DNA from: an uncultured Paludibacter sp.
GTDB taxonomy: Bacteria; Bacteroidota; Bacteroidia; Bacteroidales; Paludibacteraceae
Reading direction: 5' to 3'
NCBI GenBank assembly: GCA_964655615.1
Contig: CAZZPZ010000001.1
Coordinates: 97,406 to 161,405, forward strand
DNA: 64,000 bases
The translations under genes were made by a program, and so were the position numbers. Below the pieces are notes generated by a model. It did not search any database. It was not told the DNA's origin and saw only the letters and a list, made by a program, of their open reading frames with translations. Of this stretch, positions 44,937-56,513 are shown piece by piece. Each line of letters starts with the position of its first letter. The stretch's first letter is position 1.

Positions 44937-47870
44937 TTATAGTTTTTTCTGTACTTCTATTTCTTCGTAACTTTCAATAATATCACCAACGCGAATATCA
45001 TTGTAGTTCTTAACGTTTAGTCCACATTCGTAATTGTATCCCACTTCTTTTACGTCTTCTTTGAAGCGTTTCAATGAATCCAACTCACCACTATAGATTA
45101 CGATACCATCGCGAATTACACGAACTTTATTGTTTCGTTTGATTTTTCCTTCACGAACCAAACACCCAGCAACAGTACCCACTTTAGTAATTTTGAATAC
45201 TTCAAGTACTTCAACAGAAGCAGTAATTTCTTCTTTTATGTCTGGAGAAAGCATTCCTTCCATTGCAGATTTGATCTCTTCAATGGCATCATAGATAATT
45301 GAATACAATCTAACATCAATCTCTTCCTTATCTGCCATTTTACGTGCACTTGAGGTTGGTCTAACCTGGAAACCAATAATAATTGCATTTGAGGCAGCAG
45401 CAAGAAGAATATCAGAATCAGAAATTGCACCCACAGCTTTATGAATCACATTTACTTGAATATTTTCAGTTGATAATTTCAATAAAGAGTCAGACAATGC
45501 TTCAACCGAACCATCCACATCACCTTTAACAATGATATTCATTTCTTTAAAATCACCCAAGGCAATACGTCGTCCGAGTTCATCCAGCGTAAAGTGTTTT
45601 TTAGTTCTCAGACTCTGTTCACGTTGTAACTGCTCACGTTTGTTTGTAATTTCACGAGCTTCTTGTTCGGTGTTCATCACATTAAAGTTATCACCAGCTT
45701 GTGGAGCACCATTCAAACCAAGGATCAGTACAGGTTCAGCTGGTCTAGCCTCTTGGATTCTTTGGTTTCGTTCGTTAAACATTGCTTTAACTTTTCCAAA
45801 ATAAGTACCCGCAAGAACCACATCTCCTTGGCGCAAAGTACCATTTTGAACCAACACTGTAGAGATATATCCCCTACCCTTATCTAATTCTGATTCGATA
45901 ACAGAACCAACAGCATTTTTATTAGGATTTGCTTTCAAATCAAGCATTTCAGCTTCAAGTAAAACTTTCTCCAATAATTCCTGTATACCTAAACCTTGTT
46001 TAGCTGAAATATCCTGTGATTGGTATTTACCACCCCATTCTTCCACAAGGTAATTCATATTAGCAAGTGTTTCCTTGATTTTTTCAGGATTTGCACCGGG
46101 TTTATCTACTTTATTGATTGCAAATACCATAGGTACATTTGCGGCAGAAGCGTGGTTTATTGCTTCAATAGTTTGAGGCATCACATTATCATCGGCCGCC
46201 ACAATAATGATCGCAATATCCGTAATTTTTGCTCCACGAGCACGCATCGCAGTAAACGCTTCGTGACCAGGAGTATCCAAAAATGTAATTCGTTGACCAT
46301 TTTCTAATTTCACATTGTATGCTCCAATGTGCTGAGTAATACCCCCAGCTTCACCAGCAATCACATTGGTTTTACGTATATGGTCAAGCAAAGATGTTTT
46401 ACCATGATCGACATGACCCATAACTGTTACAATCGGAGCTCTAGGTTCCAAGTCTTCTTCAGTATCGGGATCTTCTTCACCCAAAGCTTCAACAAGTTCA
46501 TGACTTACAAATTCTGTTGTAAAACCAAATTCCTCCGCAACAATATTGATAGTTTCAGCATCTAATCGTTGATTGATAGACACCATCATGCCAATACTCA
46601 TACAAGTACCAATCACTTGATTTACAGATACATCCATCATAACCGCTAGTTCACTAACTGTAACAAACTCTGTCAACTTCAATACAGTTTCCTGTTCGCG
46701 TTCTTGATCTGCTATTTCTTGTTGGCGAGCACTAAAAGAATCTCTCTTCTCACGACGATATTTAGATCCTTTGTTTTTCTTATTTCCACCAGCTAATCTA
46801 GCTAATGTTTCTTTGATTTGTTTTTGTACTTCCTCTTCGTCAACAACTGTTTTGATTGGTTTTTTCACCTTATCTTTAAAGTTATTGTTCGGACTACCTT
46901 GATTAGGACCTTTATTGGCTTCCTTTTTACGAAGATTATCGCCAGGGAATTTATTTATATCAACCTTATGATTATTAGTAAAACGTTCACGTTTCTTTTT
47001 AGCCTGATCACCCTGAGCACCATCTGTTTTAGGAGCATTTGGATCAACTTTTTTAGCTTCAAAAGGTTTTTTATTCTTTTCTTCTCTTTCTTTTTTCTTT
47101 TGCTCCTTTGTTTTAGGCTTTGGACGAGTACTTTGATTGATTTGATCCAGATTAATAGACCCAATAACCCTTGGAGTATTTTGAATGGTAGAACGAGATA
47201 ATGTAAAAACATCATCCTCTTTAGTTTCAACAATTTTAGTTGTTGGCACTGTTATAGGTTCAACTTTCTCTACTTTTTCAGGCTCTTTTTCTTCAACTAT
47301 TTCTGGAGTTTTCTCAATAAAAGTCTGAATTTCAACCTTCTCAACCACCTCTTTTACTGGTTCAGGAGTTGGAGTTTCAACCGCTTGATCAATAATGGGT
47401 TCAACTTTCACTTCAACTACCTTTTCCTCTACTGGTTTTTCAGGAATTTTCTCTTCGTGAATCTCTACAATAGGCTCTACAAACTTCTTTTCTTCTTCAA
47501 CCTTAACCGATTTTGGCTTATTAATAGCATCAAGATCAATCTGTCCAACTTGTTTAAACTGTGGTAAATGATCTTCAGGAACGGATGTTTGAATTAGTTC
47601 TGGTAGTTTATCCTGAGCTTTTTCACCATAACCTTCCAGAGCCACAGTAGCAGCCTTTTCTTTATTGTGTCGTTCATGACTTAATCGTTCAGACTCAAGT
47701 TTCAGAGCCATATCCTTATTGAATTCTTTAGCGAGCAACAAATAGTCCTCATCTGTTAATTTCATATTAGGATCTGCGCTGAGTTTATGACCCTTTTTGG
47801 CCAAAAATTCAACAGCAGTTGACATTCCGATATTTAAATCTTTACAAGCTTTACTTAATCTTATAGGCAT
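44937..47870 (-). CDS. infB: Translation initiation factor IF-2
   Basis: [38 protein letters not shown] and [13 protein letters not shown], with a long charged N-terminal region. Confidence 0.99.
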   Translation of the reverse strand: MPIRLSKACKDLNIGMSTAVEFLAKKGHKLSADPNMKLTDEDYLLLAKEFNKDMALKLESERLSHERHNKEKAATVALEGYGEKAQDKLPELIQTSVPEDHLPQFKQVGQIDLDAINKPKSVKVEEEKKFVEPIVEIHEEKIPEKPVEEKVVEVKVEPIIDQAVETPTPEPVKEVVEKVEIQTFIEKTPEIVEEKEPEKVEKVEPITVPTTKIVETKEDDVFTLSRSTIQNTPRVIGSINLDQINQSTRPKPKTKEQKKKEREEKNKKPFEAKKVDPNAPKTDGAQGDQAKKKRERFTNNHKVDINKFPGDNLRKKEANKGPNQGSPNNNFKDKVKKPIKTVVDEEEVQKQIKETLARLAGGNKKNKGSKYRREKRDSFSARQQEIADQEREQETVLKLTEFVTVSELAVMMDVSVNQVIGTCMSIGMMVSINQRLDAETINIVAEEFGFTTEFVSHELVEALGEEDPDTEEDLEPRAPIVTVMGHVDHGKTSLLDHIRKTNVIAGEAGGITQHIGAYNVKLENGQRITFLDTPGHEAFTAMRARGAKITDIAIIIVAADDNVMPQTIEAINHASAANVPMVFAINKVDKPGANPEKIKETLANMNYLVEEWGGKYQSQDISAKQGLGIQELLEKVLLEAEMLDLKANPNKNAVGSVIESELDKGRGYISTVLVQNGTLRQGDVVLAGTYFGKVKAMFNERNQRIQEARPAEPVLILGLNGAPQAGDNFNVMNTEQEAREITNKREQLQREQSLRTKKHFTLDELGRRIALGDFKEMNIIVKGDVDGSVEALSDSLLKLSTENIQVNVIHKAVGAISDSDILLAAASNAIIIGFQVRPTSSARKMADKEEIDVRLYSIIYDAIEEIKSAMEGMLSPDIKEEITASVEVLEVFKITKVGTVAGCLVREGKIKRNNKVRVIRDGIVIYSGELDSLKRFKEDVKEVGYNYECGLNVKNYNDIRVGDIIESYEEIEVQKKL

Positions 47871-47910
47871 ATTTTGGTTGGTTGATGGTTATTGTAAAAG
47901 TTTTTTTAAA

Positions 47911-49164
47911 TTATTCTTCTTCGAACTCAGCTTTTAAAATTCGAAGAACTTCATCAATTGTTTCTTCTTCCAAGTCTGTACGATTAATCAAGTCTTGGCG
48001 AGGAACAGCTAATACACTCTTAGCGGTATCGTATCCAATAGATTTAATAGTATCAATTACCCATTGTTCTATTTCATCACTAAATTCATCCAAATAGATA
48101 TCTTCAGTTTCTTCCAAATCATCAATTTCACGATATACTTCCAATTCGTATCCAGTCAACATGCTGGCCAAACGAATATTCATACCACCTTTACCAATTG
48201 CCAATGAAACTTCTTCAGGTTTCAAATAGATATCAGCTTTGTTGTTCTCATGAAAACGGATTGATGAAACTTTAGCAGGACTTAAAGCACGAGAAATAAA
48301 CAAGCTGGTATTAGCTGTATAATTGATAACATCTATATTTTCATTTCTCAACTCACGTACAATGCCATGAATTCTTGAACCTTTTACACCTACACATGCA
48401 CCAACAGGATCAATTCTATCATCGTATGATTCTACAGCAACCTTAGCACGTTCACCTGGCATACGAGCAATCTTCTTGATGGTAATCAAACCTTCAAAGA
48501 TCTCAGGTACTTCAAGTTCAAAAAGTCTTTCCAAAAAGACTGGAGAAGTACGAGAAAGAATAATCTTAGGATTGTTGTTTTTATTCTCAACCATTGCTAC
48601 TACAGCACGTACAGTATCACCTTTGCGATAGAAGTCTGAAGGTATTTGCTCAGATTTAGGAAGGTAAAGTTCATTTCCTTCATCATCTATAAGCAACATT
48701 TCTTTTTTCCAAATTTGATAAAGTTCAGCACTCACAATTTGTCCAACTTTATCGCTGTATTTTTGGAATACATTGTCTTTTTGTAATTCTAAAATTTTAG
48801 AAGAAAGAGTTTGTCGTAAGTTCAGAATAGCACGTCGACCGAATCCGATAAAATCAACTGCATCTGTAACTTCTTCGCCCAATTCATAGTCTTCATCAAT
48901 TTTCTTGGCTTCAGTCAATGAAATTTCAAGGTTGTCATCTTCTAGATCTTCATCTGCAACCACTATACGGTTACGATAAATTTCGAAGTCACCTTTATCG
49001 GGGTTAATAATTACATCATAGTTTTCATCACTGCCAAACATTTTGGCAATAACATTTCTGAAGGACTCCTCCATTACAGAGATCAAAGTACTTCTATCGA
49101 TGCTTTTAAGTTCCTTGAATTCGGAAAAAGTATCAATAAGGTTGACAGTTTCTTTTTTGCTCAT
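47911..49164 (-). CDS. nusA: Transcription termination/antitermination factor NusA
   Basis: FGRRAILNLRQ, S1 and KH domains, ARMPGERAKVAV, DPVGACVG and AIGKGGMNIRLAS. Confidence 0.98.
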   Translation of the reverse strand: MSKKETVNLIDTFSEFKELKSIDRSTLISVMEESFRNVIAKMFGSDENYDVIINPDKGDFEIYRNRIVVADEDLEDDNLEISLTEAKKIDEDYELGEEVTDAVDFIGFGRRAILNLRQTLSSKILELQKDNVFQKYSDKVGQIVSAELYQIWKKEMLLIDDEGNELYLPKSEQIPSDFYRKGDTVRAVVAMVENKNNNPKIILSRTSPVFLERLFELEVPEIFEGLITIKKIARMPGERAKVAVESYDDRIDPVGACVGVKGSRIHGIVRELRNENIDVINYTANTSLFISRALSPAKVSSIRFHENNKADIYLKPEEVSLAIGKGGMNIRLASMLTGYELEVYREIDDLEETEDIYLDEFSDEIEQWVIDTIKSIGYDTAKSVLAVPRQDLINRTDLEEETIDEVLRILKAEFEEE

Positions 49165-49166
49165 TG

Positions 49167-49637
49167 CTATTTGAAATGAATTATCAATTTTGTTGTTTTT
49201 ATATCTGAAAGATTAATTACTAATTCTTCATTGATAGTCGTTTTGCGTTTAGCTCCTTCAAGCTTTACAGACTTTTCAATTGAGAGTTTAATAAGATCTG
49301 TGTCTACTTTGGTTAAAACTCCTGAAAGTTTCTTCCCATTTTTAAGTAAAACCTCTACCTCATTATCAATGTTTTTTTCGTATTGCTTAATAACTTTAAA
49401 TGGCTCTGAAATTCCGGCAGAACTGATTTCCAATTCATAGTCCTCCACTTCCCTATCCAGTTTTGACTCAATAAATCGGTGAAGCTTCACACAATCATCC
49501 AAGGAAACACCATCAAAGGTGTCAATTTCAATCGAAATTCTATTGTCGGGTGAGATTTTCAAATCAACCAAATAAAATTCCAATTCTGATTCTAAATATT
49601 CAGCAACTATTGATTTAACTTGTTCAAGAGCGATCAT
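49167..49637 (-). CDS. rimP: Ribosome maturation factor RimP
   Basis: DDCVKLHRFI and DYELEISSAGISEP motifs, positioned before nusA-infB. Start moved from 49682 to ATG 49637. Confidence 0.93.
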   Translation of the reverse strand: MIALEQVKSIVAEYLESELEFYLVDLKISPDNRISIEIDTFDGVSLDDCVKLHRFIESKLDREVEDYELEISSAGISEPFKVIKQYEKNIDNEVEVLLKNGKKLSGVLTKVDTDLIKLSIEKSVKLEGAKRKTTINEELVINLSDIKTTKLIIHFK

Positions 49638-49659
49638 AAAGAGTATATATTCAACGACG

Positions 49660-49679
49660 AAGGGGACACCCGTCCCCTC
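49660..49679 (-). promoter_or_regulatory. GC-rich rimP-leader-like hairpin
   Basis: AGGGGAC-GGGT-GTCCCCT stem-loop between the TATATTTG promoter box (49701-49708) and the rimP ATG. Confidence 0.6.
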
Positions 49680-49746
49680 CACACATACGTATTTCGACTA
49701 CAAATATAGTCAAAAGTATTTAAAAATACAATTTTTATTAAAAATA

Positions 49747-50802
49747 TTATATTTCTGTATATTGTTTTTGGTAATAATTTTGATACTCACCACTGGTTAC
49801 ATTATCTAACCATTCTTGATTTTCAAGATACCAATCAACAGTTTTATCCAATCCTTCTTCAAATTGAAGTGATGGTGTCCAACCTAGTTCATTCTGCAAC
49901 TTAGTTGAATCAATAGCATATCTCAAGTCATGTCCAGCTCTATCCTTAACGAAAGTAATCAACTGAGCAGATTCACCTTGAGAACGCCCCAATTTTTTAT
50001 CCATAATTTCACAAAGAGTGTGAATTAAATCTATGTTTTTCCACTCATTATGACCTCCTATATTGTAGGTATCCCCATTTTTACCTTCATGAAATATCAG
50101 ATCAATTGCTCTGGCATGGTCATTCACCCACAACCAATCACGAATATTTTCACCTTTACCATATACAGGTACAGGTTTATTGTTTTTAATGTTGTGTATT
50201 GCAAGTGGAATCAATTTCTCAGGAAAATGATTTGCACCATAATTGTTGGAACAATTTGAAACTACAACAGGTAATCCATAGGTATGGTGGTAAGCACGAA
50301 CGAAGTGATCTGAGGATGCTTTTGCAGCAGAATAAGGACTGCGTGGATCATAAGCGGTATCCTCCAGAAAAAATCCGGTATCACCCAAAGATCCATATAC
50401 TTCGTCTGTTGAAATATGATAAAAACGCTTTCCATCCATATTACCTTTCCAATGATTTTTGGCAGCGTTCAACAAATTTGCTGTACCAAACACATTGGTT
50501 CGAATAAAAGCAAAAGGGTCTGTGATAGATCTATCCACATGTGACTCAGCAGCCAAATGCACCACTCCATCAAAGTCATATTTATCAAATAGTTGAGGAA
50601 TAAAAATTTCATCAGTTATATCACCTTTTACAAAAGTATAGTTTGGAGAATCAGCTATATCCTTCAAATTTTCTAAATTTCCAGCATAAGTAAGAGCATC
50701 CAAATTTACAATCTGATAATCAGGATATTTTGTAACAAACAGTCTCACAACATGTGAGCCAATAAATCCGGCACCACCGGTAATAAGGATTTTTCGTTTC
50801 AT
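49747..50802 (-). CDS. rfbB: dTDP-glucose 4,6-dehydratase
   Basis: ITGGAGFIGSH, DALTYAGN, HLAAESHVDRSI, HISTDEVYG, YSAAK and DRAGHDLRYA motifs. Confidence 0.97.
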   Translation of the reverse strand: MKRKILITGGAGFIGSHVVRLFVTKYPDYQIVNLDALTYAGNLENLKDIADSPNYTFVKGDITDEIFIPQLFDKYDFDGVVHLAAESHVDRSITDPFAFIRTNVFGTANLLNAAKNHWKGNMDGKRFYHISTDEVYGSLGDTGFFLEDTAYDPRSPYSAAKASSDHFVRAYHHTYGLPVVVSNCSNNYGANHFPEKLIPLAIHNIKNNKPVPVYGKGENIRDWLWVNDHARAIDLIFHEGKNGDTYNIGGHNEWKNIDLIHTLCEIMDKKLGRSQGESAQLITFVKDRAGHDLRYAIDSTKLQNELGWTPSLQFEEGLDKTVDWYLENQEWLDNVTSGEYQNYYQKQYTEI

Positions 50803-50831
50803 TTAAGTATTTACAATTTAAATTACGATCG

Positions 50832-50839
50832 CAAAATTA
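50832..50839 (-). promoter_or_regulatory. -7 promoter box (TAATTTTG) for rfbB
   Basis: Plus-strand CAAAATTA, 29 nt upstream of the ATG. Confidence 0.55.
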
Positions 50840-50884
50840 ATTCTTTTTTTGAGTAATTAAAAAACTTTTATTTACTTTGCACAG

Positions 50885-51724
50885 ATGGACAGATTAATGT
50901 TACATATAGAAAAATTATTGGTCAATAACGAATATGTCGTTGTTCCAGGTTTGGGTGGCTTTATTGTTCAAAATCTTTCCTCCCAAATTGTCGGAAATTC
51001 AATTCAATCGCCAAGTGTAACCATCGGTTTTAATCCACTAATTAAACAAGAAGACGGTTTATTAGCCTTGTCGCTTTCAAGAGATTTGAAAATAAGTTAC
51101 AGAGAAGCTGCAGCCAATATTCGCTCTATAATAAATGGTTTTAAATCAAATTTAACTGACAATTCATATTTAACTTTTGGATCATTGGGTGAATTTAAAT
51201 TGGACAATAACGGTAAAATTGATTTTGAGCCAAGTAAATCCTTATACTTTCTACCTGGAAATCTTGGATATACTTCAGTTCAGATTACAAAAACTGAGGA
51301 AAAACCAAATTACAGTCTGAATATTTCAAATAAATTTATGAAATATGCAGCTATTTTGATTATTGCCTTTGGTTTATTCTTTTCTACCGACAAACTCAAT
51401 CAAGGACACCAGTTTATAAAAGCTGACTTACTTACTATTCCTACCCTAACTGTCAATAAGTCCATTGAAGAAACTACTTTGGAAGTACAAATTGAGAAAA
51501 ACTTTCACATAGTAGTTGCTGCATTTAAATCCAGTAAAATCTCAGATCGATTTTGCAACGAACTTAAATCTCAAAATTTCGACAATGCCCACGTGATTGA
51601 AGGCAAACGAATTAACAAAATTGCGATTAATTCTTTTTCTGATCAAAATCAAGCAGAGATTGCTTTGAAATCACTTCGCGAAACCAATCCTGAATATAAA
51701 GACGCCTGGATTCTTAAAAATTAA
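50885..51724 (+). CDS. HU-like (HU-CCDC81 type) domains plus TM helix plus SPOR domain protein
   Basis: N-terminal YVVVPGLGGF and FNPLIKQEDGLL, a central TM segment, and C-terminal FHIVVAAFKS...DAWIL SPOR pattern. Confidence 0.8.
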   Translation: MDRLMLHIEKLLVNNEYVVVPGLGGFIVQNLSSQIVGNSIQSPSVTIGFNPLIKQEDGLLALSLSRDLKISYREAAANIRSIINGFKSNLTDNSYLTFGSLGEFKLDNNGKIDFEPSKSLYFLPGNLGYTSVQITKTEEKPNYSLNISNKFMKYAAILIIAFGLFFSTDKLNQGHQFIKADLLTIPTLTVNKSIEETTLEVQIEKNFHIVVAAFKSSKISDRFCNELKSQNFDNAHVIEGKRINKIAINSFSDQNQAEIALKSLRETNPEYKDAWILKN

Positions 51725-51732
51725 GTTTTCCC

Positions 51733-51763
51733 TTGCATAAATCCTTCTTATTTAGTATCTTTG
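51733..51763 (+). promoter_or_regulatory. Promoter (TTG-N20-TATCTTTG) for rpsP
   Basis: -7 box at 51756-51763 with TTG at 51733-51735. Confidence 0.7.
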
Positions 51764-51814
51764 CATCCGCTTTTCGGGTAAAAGCATTAGTAATCATATT
51801 AAACAAACAAAAAA

Positions 51815-52357
51815 ATGCCAACTAAAATCAGATTACAACGTCATGGCCGCAAAGGATATGCTTATTATCATATCGTTATTGCTGACAGTCGTGCACCACG
51901 TGATGGTAAATTTATCGAACGTATCGGTTCGTACAACCCTAACACAAATCCTGCTACTATCGAATTGAATTTCGAAAAAGCATTGTATTGGGTAAATGTA
52001 GGTGCTCAGCCAACTACAACTACTAAAAACATCCTTTCAGATGAAGGAGTTTACATGATGAAACACCTTCAAGGTGGTGTTAAAAAAGGAGCTTTCAATG
52101 AAGCAGAAGCTGAGAAAAAATTTGCAGCTTGGAAAACTTCTAAAGATTCTAAAATCAACAAGAACATAGAGAAAATTGCAGCAGACAAACAAGCAGACGT
52201 GAAAGCTAGACTTGCAGCTGAATCGAAAGTAAATGAAGCGAAAGCAGCAGAAGTAGCAAAAAAGAAAGCTGAAGCTATTGCTGCAGCAGCTGAAGCTGAA
52301 GTTGCTGATAGTGTAGAAGAAGCACCAGCAGTTGAAGAGGCTCCGGCAGCTGAATAA
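51815..52357 (+). CDS. rpsP: 30S ribosomal protein S16 with the Bacteroidota Ala/Glu/Lys-rich extension
   Basis: [33 protein letters not shown] and GAQPT motifs. Confidence 0.98.
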   Translation: MPTKIRLQRHGRKGYAYYHIVIADSRAPRDGKFIERIGSYNPNTNPATIELNFEKALYWVNVGAQPTTTTKNILSDEGVYMMKHLQGGVKKGAFNEAEAEKKFAAWKTSKDSKINKNIEKIAADKQADVKARLAAESKVNEAKAAEVAKKKAEAIAAAAEAEVADSVEEAPAVEEAPAAE

Positions 52358-52377
52358 TTTTATCTTTTATTATATAG

Positions 52378-52408
52378 AAAAAGCTTGTAATTTTTACAAG
52401 CTTTTTTT
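52378..52408. terminator. Bidirectional intrinsic terminator between rpsP and pdxH
   Basis: AAAAAGCTTGTAA-TTT-TTACAAGCTTTTT. Confidence 0.88.
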
Positions 52409-52450
52409 ATATGAAACGAAAATTTTACCTAATTGATACGTTTTTTCTTT

Positions 52451-53080
52451 TCAGGGCGACAATCTTTCTATTTTCCAATTGTTATTTGAAATTGAATAAA
52501 ACAACCGATCATGTAATCTATTGGGTCTACCCTGCCAGAATTCAAATGTAACAGGTTTAATCAAATACCCTCCCCAATGAGGTGGTCTTGGCACATTATC
52601 ACCAAATTCATTTTTAAAATTCTCATATTGCTGTCTCAGATATTCAGCCGAAGGAATAACCTTACTTTGTTGTGAAGCCCAAGCTCCAAGCCTACTGTCA
52701 AGTGGTCTAGACTTAAAATAGTCTTCAGAGACCTCCTCGGGAACTTTTTCTACTTTACCAATAATCCGGACCTGTCTTTCAAGTGATTGCCAGAAAAACA
52801 AGACTGACACCCAAGGATTTCCATTCATGTGAGAAGCCTTATTACCTTCATAGTTGGTGTAAAACACTAGACCATCAGCAATAAAATCTTTAAGTAGAAC
52901 CACTCTAGAATGAGGTCTATTGTTTTCATCCACCGTAGAAAGTATCATAGCCGTAGGCTCTTCTTCTTCACTTTTCAATGCGATTTCAAGCCATATTCTG
53001 AATTGATCAAAGGGATTCTTTTCCACATCCTTTTCTAACAATTCATCGTATTCGTATTGTTTTCGTAAATCTCTTAACAT
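52451..53080 (-). CDS. pdxH: Pyridoxine/pyridoxamine 5'-phosphate oxidase
   Basis: DLRKQY, SRVVLLK, FYTNYEGNK, SRLGAWASQQS, RPPHWGGY and EFWQGRPNRLHDR motifs. Confidence 0.97.
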   Translation of the reverse strand: MLRDLRKQYEYDELLEKDVEKNPFDQFRIWLEIALKSEEEEPTAMILSTVDENNRPHSRVVLLKDFIADGLVFYTNYEGNKASHMNGNPWVSVLFFWQSLERQVRIIGKVEKVPEEVSEDYFKSRPLDSRLGAWASQQSKVIPSAEYLRQQYENFKNEFGDNVPRPPHWGGYLIKPVTFEFWQGRPNRLHDRLFYSISNNNWKIERLSP

Positions 53081-53081
53081 A

Positions 53082-54050
53082 TTATTCCATTGGTCTTTTT
53101 TTAATCATTCCTCCTTTTGCATCTTTCACACTATGCATGATAACAAAAGCATCTTTATCAATTTTATCTATTTCAGTTTGTAGCTTTGAAATTTCAAGTC
53201 TAGTCATTAATGTATAAACTATATCCGTATCTTTTAGTTTTTCACCCCTTGGAGCATAACCTTTCTTGCCTGAATAGATAGTACAAGCTCTACCTAACTT
53301 TTCAGTTATTACCATTCTTATTTCTTCATTATGATCGGATATTATTGATACACCAACGTATTCTTCTATACCTGCAACAACAAAGTCAACTGTTTTAGAA
53401 GCAGCAAGATAAGTCAGAATTGCATAAAGAGCAGTTTCAATCGAAAAAACATAGGCTGCAACACTAAAGATAATAATATTAAAAATCAAGATAATATCAC
53501 CTATAGACAATGGTGTTTTTTTACTGATATAAACAGCCAGCACTTCAGTACCATCAATAACAGAACCTCCTCTTACAGCCAGTCCAATACCCAACCCTAA
53601 GAAGAATCCACCGAAAACAGAGATTAATAATTTATCATCGGTTACTGAAGGAAAAGGAATCAGATGTACAGCAAAGGCCAAAAGGATGATGGCTATTATG
53701 CTTTTTACTGCAAATGATCTTGAAATTGTTGAATAAGCAATAGCGATGAATGGAATATTTAATACAACTATCAAAACTGAAAGAGAAATTCCAGTTAATT
53801 CAGTTGTGATTAAGGAAATACCCATTACACCACCATCCAGAAAAGAATTTGGCAATAAAAAGGCCCCTAGACCAAAAGAAGCAGAAAGCACACCAAGCAG
53901 TATCAAAAAGCTTTCTGTCAAATAATGCTGATATTCAACTTTGAGGTCATTGACTTCTTTATCAAATACTTTAATATCCAGTTTCAATTTACGTCTTTCA
54001 AACTTTCGTTTAATTGACTCTGCAATTATATAATTAAATACCTTTTTCAT
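53082..54050 (-). CDS. YitT family membrane protein (DUF161/DUF2179)
   Basis: FLDGGVMGISL, LNIPF, GGSVIDGTEVLA and IDKDAFVI motifs. Confidence 0.88.
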   Translation of the reverse strand: MKKVFNYIIAESIKRKFERRKLKLDIKVFDKEVNDLKVEYQHYLTESFLILLGVLSASFGLGAFLLPNSFLDGGVMGISLITTELTGISLSVLIVVLNIPFIAIAYSTISRSFAVKSIIAIILLAFAVHLIPFPSVTDDKLLISVFGGFFLGLGIGLAVRGGSVIDGTEVLAVYISKKTPLSIGDIILIFNIIIFSVAAYVFSIETALYAILTYLAASKTVDFVVAGIEEYVGVSIISDHNEEIRMVITEKLGRACTIYSGKKGYAPRGEKLKDTDIVYTLMTRLEISKLQTEIDKIDKDAFVIMHSVKDAKGGMIKKRPME

Positions 54051-54053
54051 TCA

Positions 54054-56477
54054 TTAATTTTGAGAAATACTTTGTATTTTCAATTTAGCTGTTTTCAATC
54101 CTTTGGAATATACTTCTAAATTTATTTCACCAGGCTTGATTGTAGATTGTAGAGTCACTACCAATTTACCATTAAAAGTTTTCATTTTAGGTTGATGAAA
54201 GAGTTCTAAAGAAGTTGGATCACCATTACAAACAGCTCTAAAGAAACCTGCACCGTTCACTTTAAATTGAAGATCTTTAGCTGCAGTAAGACATTCATAA
54301 CCATTCTTATCCACTACTGTAGCTGTTATATAAGACAAGTCATAACCATCCGCTAGAATATTTTTCCTGTCTGCCTCCAACTTTATGGCATATGGTTTTT
54401 CAGCTGTATGAATTTCAGATTCACACACAGAATCACCCTTCTCATTGAAAGCTACTACTTTAACAATTCCTGGTGTATATCTAACATCCATCCACCTTAG
54501 CCGGTATCTATCAATTAGAGTCGAATCATTCTTGGTTCTGACACCTTGACTGACCCCATTTATAAACAATTCAGCCGAAGGATAATTGGTATAAACAAAA
54601 ACTGGAGTTATCTCACCTTCCCTACCTTCCCAATTCCAATGAGGAAGAATATGCAAAGTTTCTTCTGATTTATTCCATCTACTACGATACAAATAAAATC
54701 TATCTTTGGGTAATCCGGCTAGATCACAAATACCAAAATAGGAACTTCTTGAAGGCCAATACTCATCATAAGGTGTCGGTTCACCCAAATAATCAAATCC
54801 TGTCCAAACAAATTCACCTATCACCCATGGTTTATCGTCTTGCATTTGGAAATCCACTTCAGGAATATTTGACCAGTTGCAACACTCAAGATCGTAGGAT
54901 GAACTTTGACCATCATCGTATTTTTTGTCTTTAGCCTGAACCACTGGAAATTTATATACTCCACGTGAACTAACCGTCGAAGCGGTTTCTGAACCAAGCA
55001 AAAATCCCTGTGGAAAACGTTCATATGCTTCATTGTAAAGATTTACTCTATAATTCAAACCCGGAATATCGAGAAGTGCTCCAAAACCACTCTGCATCAC
55101 ATTCTTAACCTGATCCATTCCAACTGTTACTGGACGGGTTGGATCTTCACGATGAAATATATCTTGTAGCCATTTTGCTCTTTTAACACCTTCTGAACCC
55201 CATTGATCAGGCACTTCATTGCCCGAGCTCCACATCACAATAGAAGGATGATTTCTAGTAGCATGAACAAGATTTATTACATCTTTTTCTGCCCATTCAT
55301 CGAAATATAAATTGTATCCATTTTTAACTTTTGGTTTTTTCCACTCATCAAAACTTTCTGCTAAGAATAAAAATCCCATCTGGTCACACAATTCCAATTG
55401 CTCTAAAGAAGGCATATTGTGAGATGAACGAATGGCATTACAACCCATATCTTTGAGAATAGTCAATTGTCTTTTTAAGGCAGCTTTATTTACTGCAGTT
55501 CCAAGTGGGCCTAAGTCATGGTGCAAACAAACACCTTTAAATTTGATTGTATGTCCATTCAATTGAAAACCATTTTGGGCTGAATATTGTATTGTTCTTA
55601 TTCCGAAAGGAATTATTTCAGTATCTTTTAATGCATTGTTTTTATATAATCTGATTTCTGCAGAATAAAGATAGGGTGTTTCAGGGCTCCAAAGATTAGG
55701 ATTATCTATTGCTATATTCTGTTCAATCAAATTACCAAAGATTTGAGAAGAGGATGATTTGGCAACAATCTTATTGGAAGCATCTTTTACAATAACTTCA
55801 ACTAATCCCTCTTTCAAAGTCAATTTGGATTTAACATTAACTTTCGCCATATGTTTATCTACAAAGGGAGTAGTAATAAAATGTCCCCAGTGATCAAATG
55901 AATCCTTTTCTTTTACTATTAATTGAACCTTTCGATACAAACCTGCTCCCGGATACCAACGAGAAGAGAATTCTTGGTTTTCTAGCCTAAGGGCTATGTG
56001 ATTATCCTGACCCAATTTAAACTTATCAGAAATATCTACAACAAAATAGCTATAACCATAAGGTCTATTAGCTATCTTTTGACCATTAAAAAAAACTTCC
56101 GCATTGCTCATGGCTCCATCAAAGGTCAGAAGAACTTTTTTATTCTCGAAACTTTCATCAGCGTAAAATGTAGTACGATACCATCCTACCCCAGTAAATG
56201 GTAAAGAGCCTGTACGGCCTGTTTTCTCGGTTGCAGCAAACTCATTGTTTTGCTCAATTTTTACTGTTTGTTTGTCTATTTCTTTATCAAATGGACCATA
56301 AATTGCCCAATCATGGGGAACAGTTACAGTTTGCCATTTTGAATCATCAAAATTTATACTGAAGCAATCGGCATTTATGTGTTGGAATTTCCAGGTAGAT
56401 AAATTAAATACATCTCTAGCTGACAGATTAACAGATAAAACACTGAAAACAATCAATATAAACTTAAATCTTTTCAT
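54054..56477 (-). CDS. Glycoside hydrolase family 2 (beta-galactosidase-like)
   Basis: VPHDWAI, GVCLHHDLGPLG, RSSHN, the RNHPSIVMWSSGNE acid/base motif and GEFVWTGFDYLGEP. Start moved from 56501 to ATG 56477 (signal peptide). Confidence 0.92.
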   Translation of the reverse strand: MKRFKFILIVFSVLSVNLSARDVFNLSTWKFQHINADCFSINFDDSKWQTVTVPHDWAIYGPFDKEIDKQTVKIEQNNEFAATEKTGRTGSLPFTGVGWYRTTFYADESFENKKVLLTFDGAMSNAEVFFNGQKIANRPYGYSYFVVDISDKFKLGQDNHIALRLENQEFSSRWYPGAGLYRKVQLIVKEKDSFDHWGHFITTPFVDKHMAKVNVKSKLTLKEGLVEVIVKDASNKIVAKSSSSQIFGNLIEQNIAIDNPNLWSPETPYLYSAEIRLYKNNALKDTEIIPFGIRTIQYSAQNGFQLNGHTIKFKGVCLHHDLGPLGTAVNKAALKRQLTILKDMGCNAIRSSHNMPSLEQLELCDQMGFLFLAESFDEWKKPKVKNGYNLYFDEWAEKDVINLVHATRNHPSIVMWSSGNEVPDQWGSEGVKRAKWLQDIFHREDPTRPVTVGMDQVKNVMQSGFGALLDIPGLNYRVNLYNEAYERFPQGFLLGSETASTVSSRGVYKFPVVQAKDKKYDDGQSSSYDLECCNWSNIPEVDFQMQDDKPWVIGEFVWTGFDYLGEPTPYDEYWPSRSSYFGICDLAGLPKDRFYLYRSRWNKSEETLHILPHWNWEGREGEITPVFVYTNYPSAELFINGVSQGVRTKNDSTLIDRYRLRWMDVRYTPGIVKVVAFNEKGDSVCESEIHTAEKPYAIKLEADRKNILADGYDLSYITATVVDKNGYECLTAAKDLQFKVNGAGFFRAVCNGDPTSLELFHQPKMKTFNGKLVVTLQSTIKPGEINLEVYSKGLKTAKLKIQSISQN

Positions 56478-56513
56478 AGGAATTGATATTAAATAGACCA
56501 AACAAATTTATAA

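Noticed and set aside
46800-47700. Repetitive Glu/Val/Lys/Pro stretch in infB
   Set aside because: This is the normal variable N-terminal region of IF-2.
49747-50802. rfbB as the edge of a polysaccharide locus
   Set aside because: It is flanked by rimP and an HU/SPOR gene with no glycosyltransferases, flippase or UpxY. It is a stand-alone gene.
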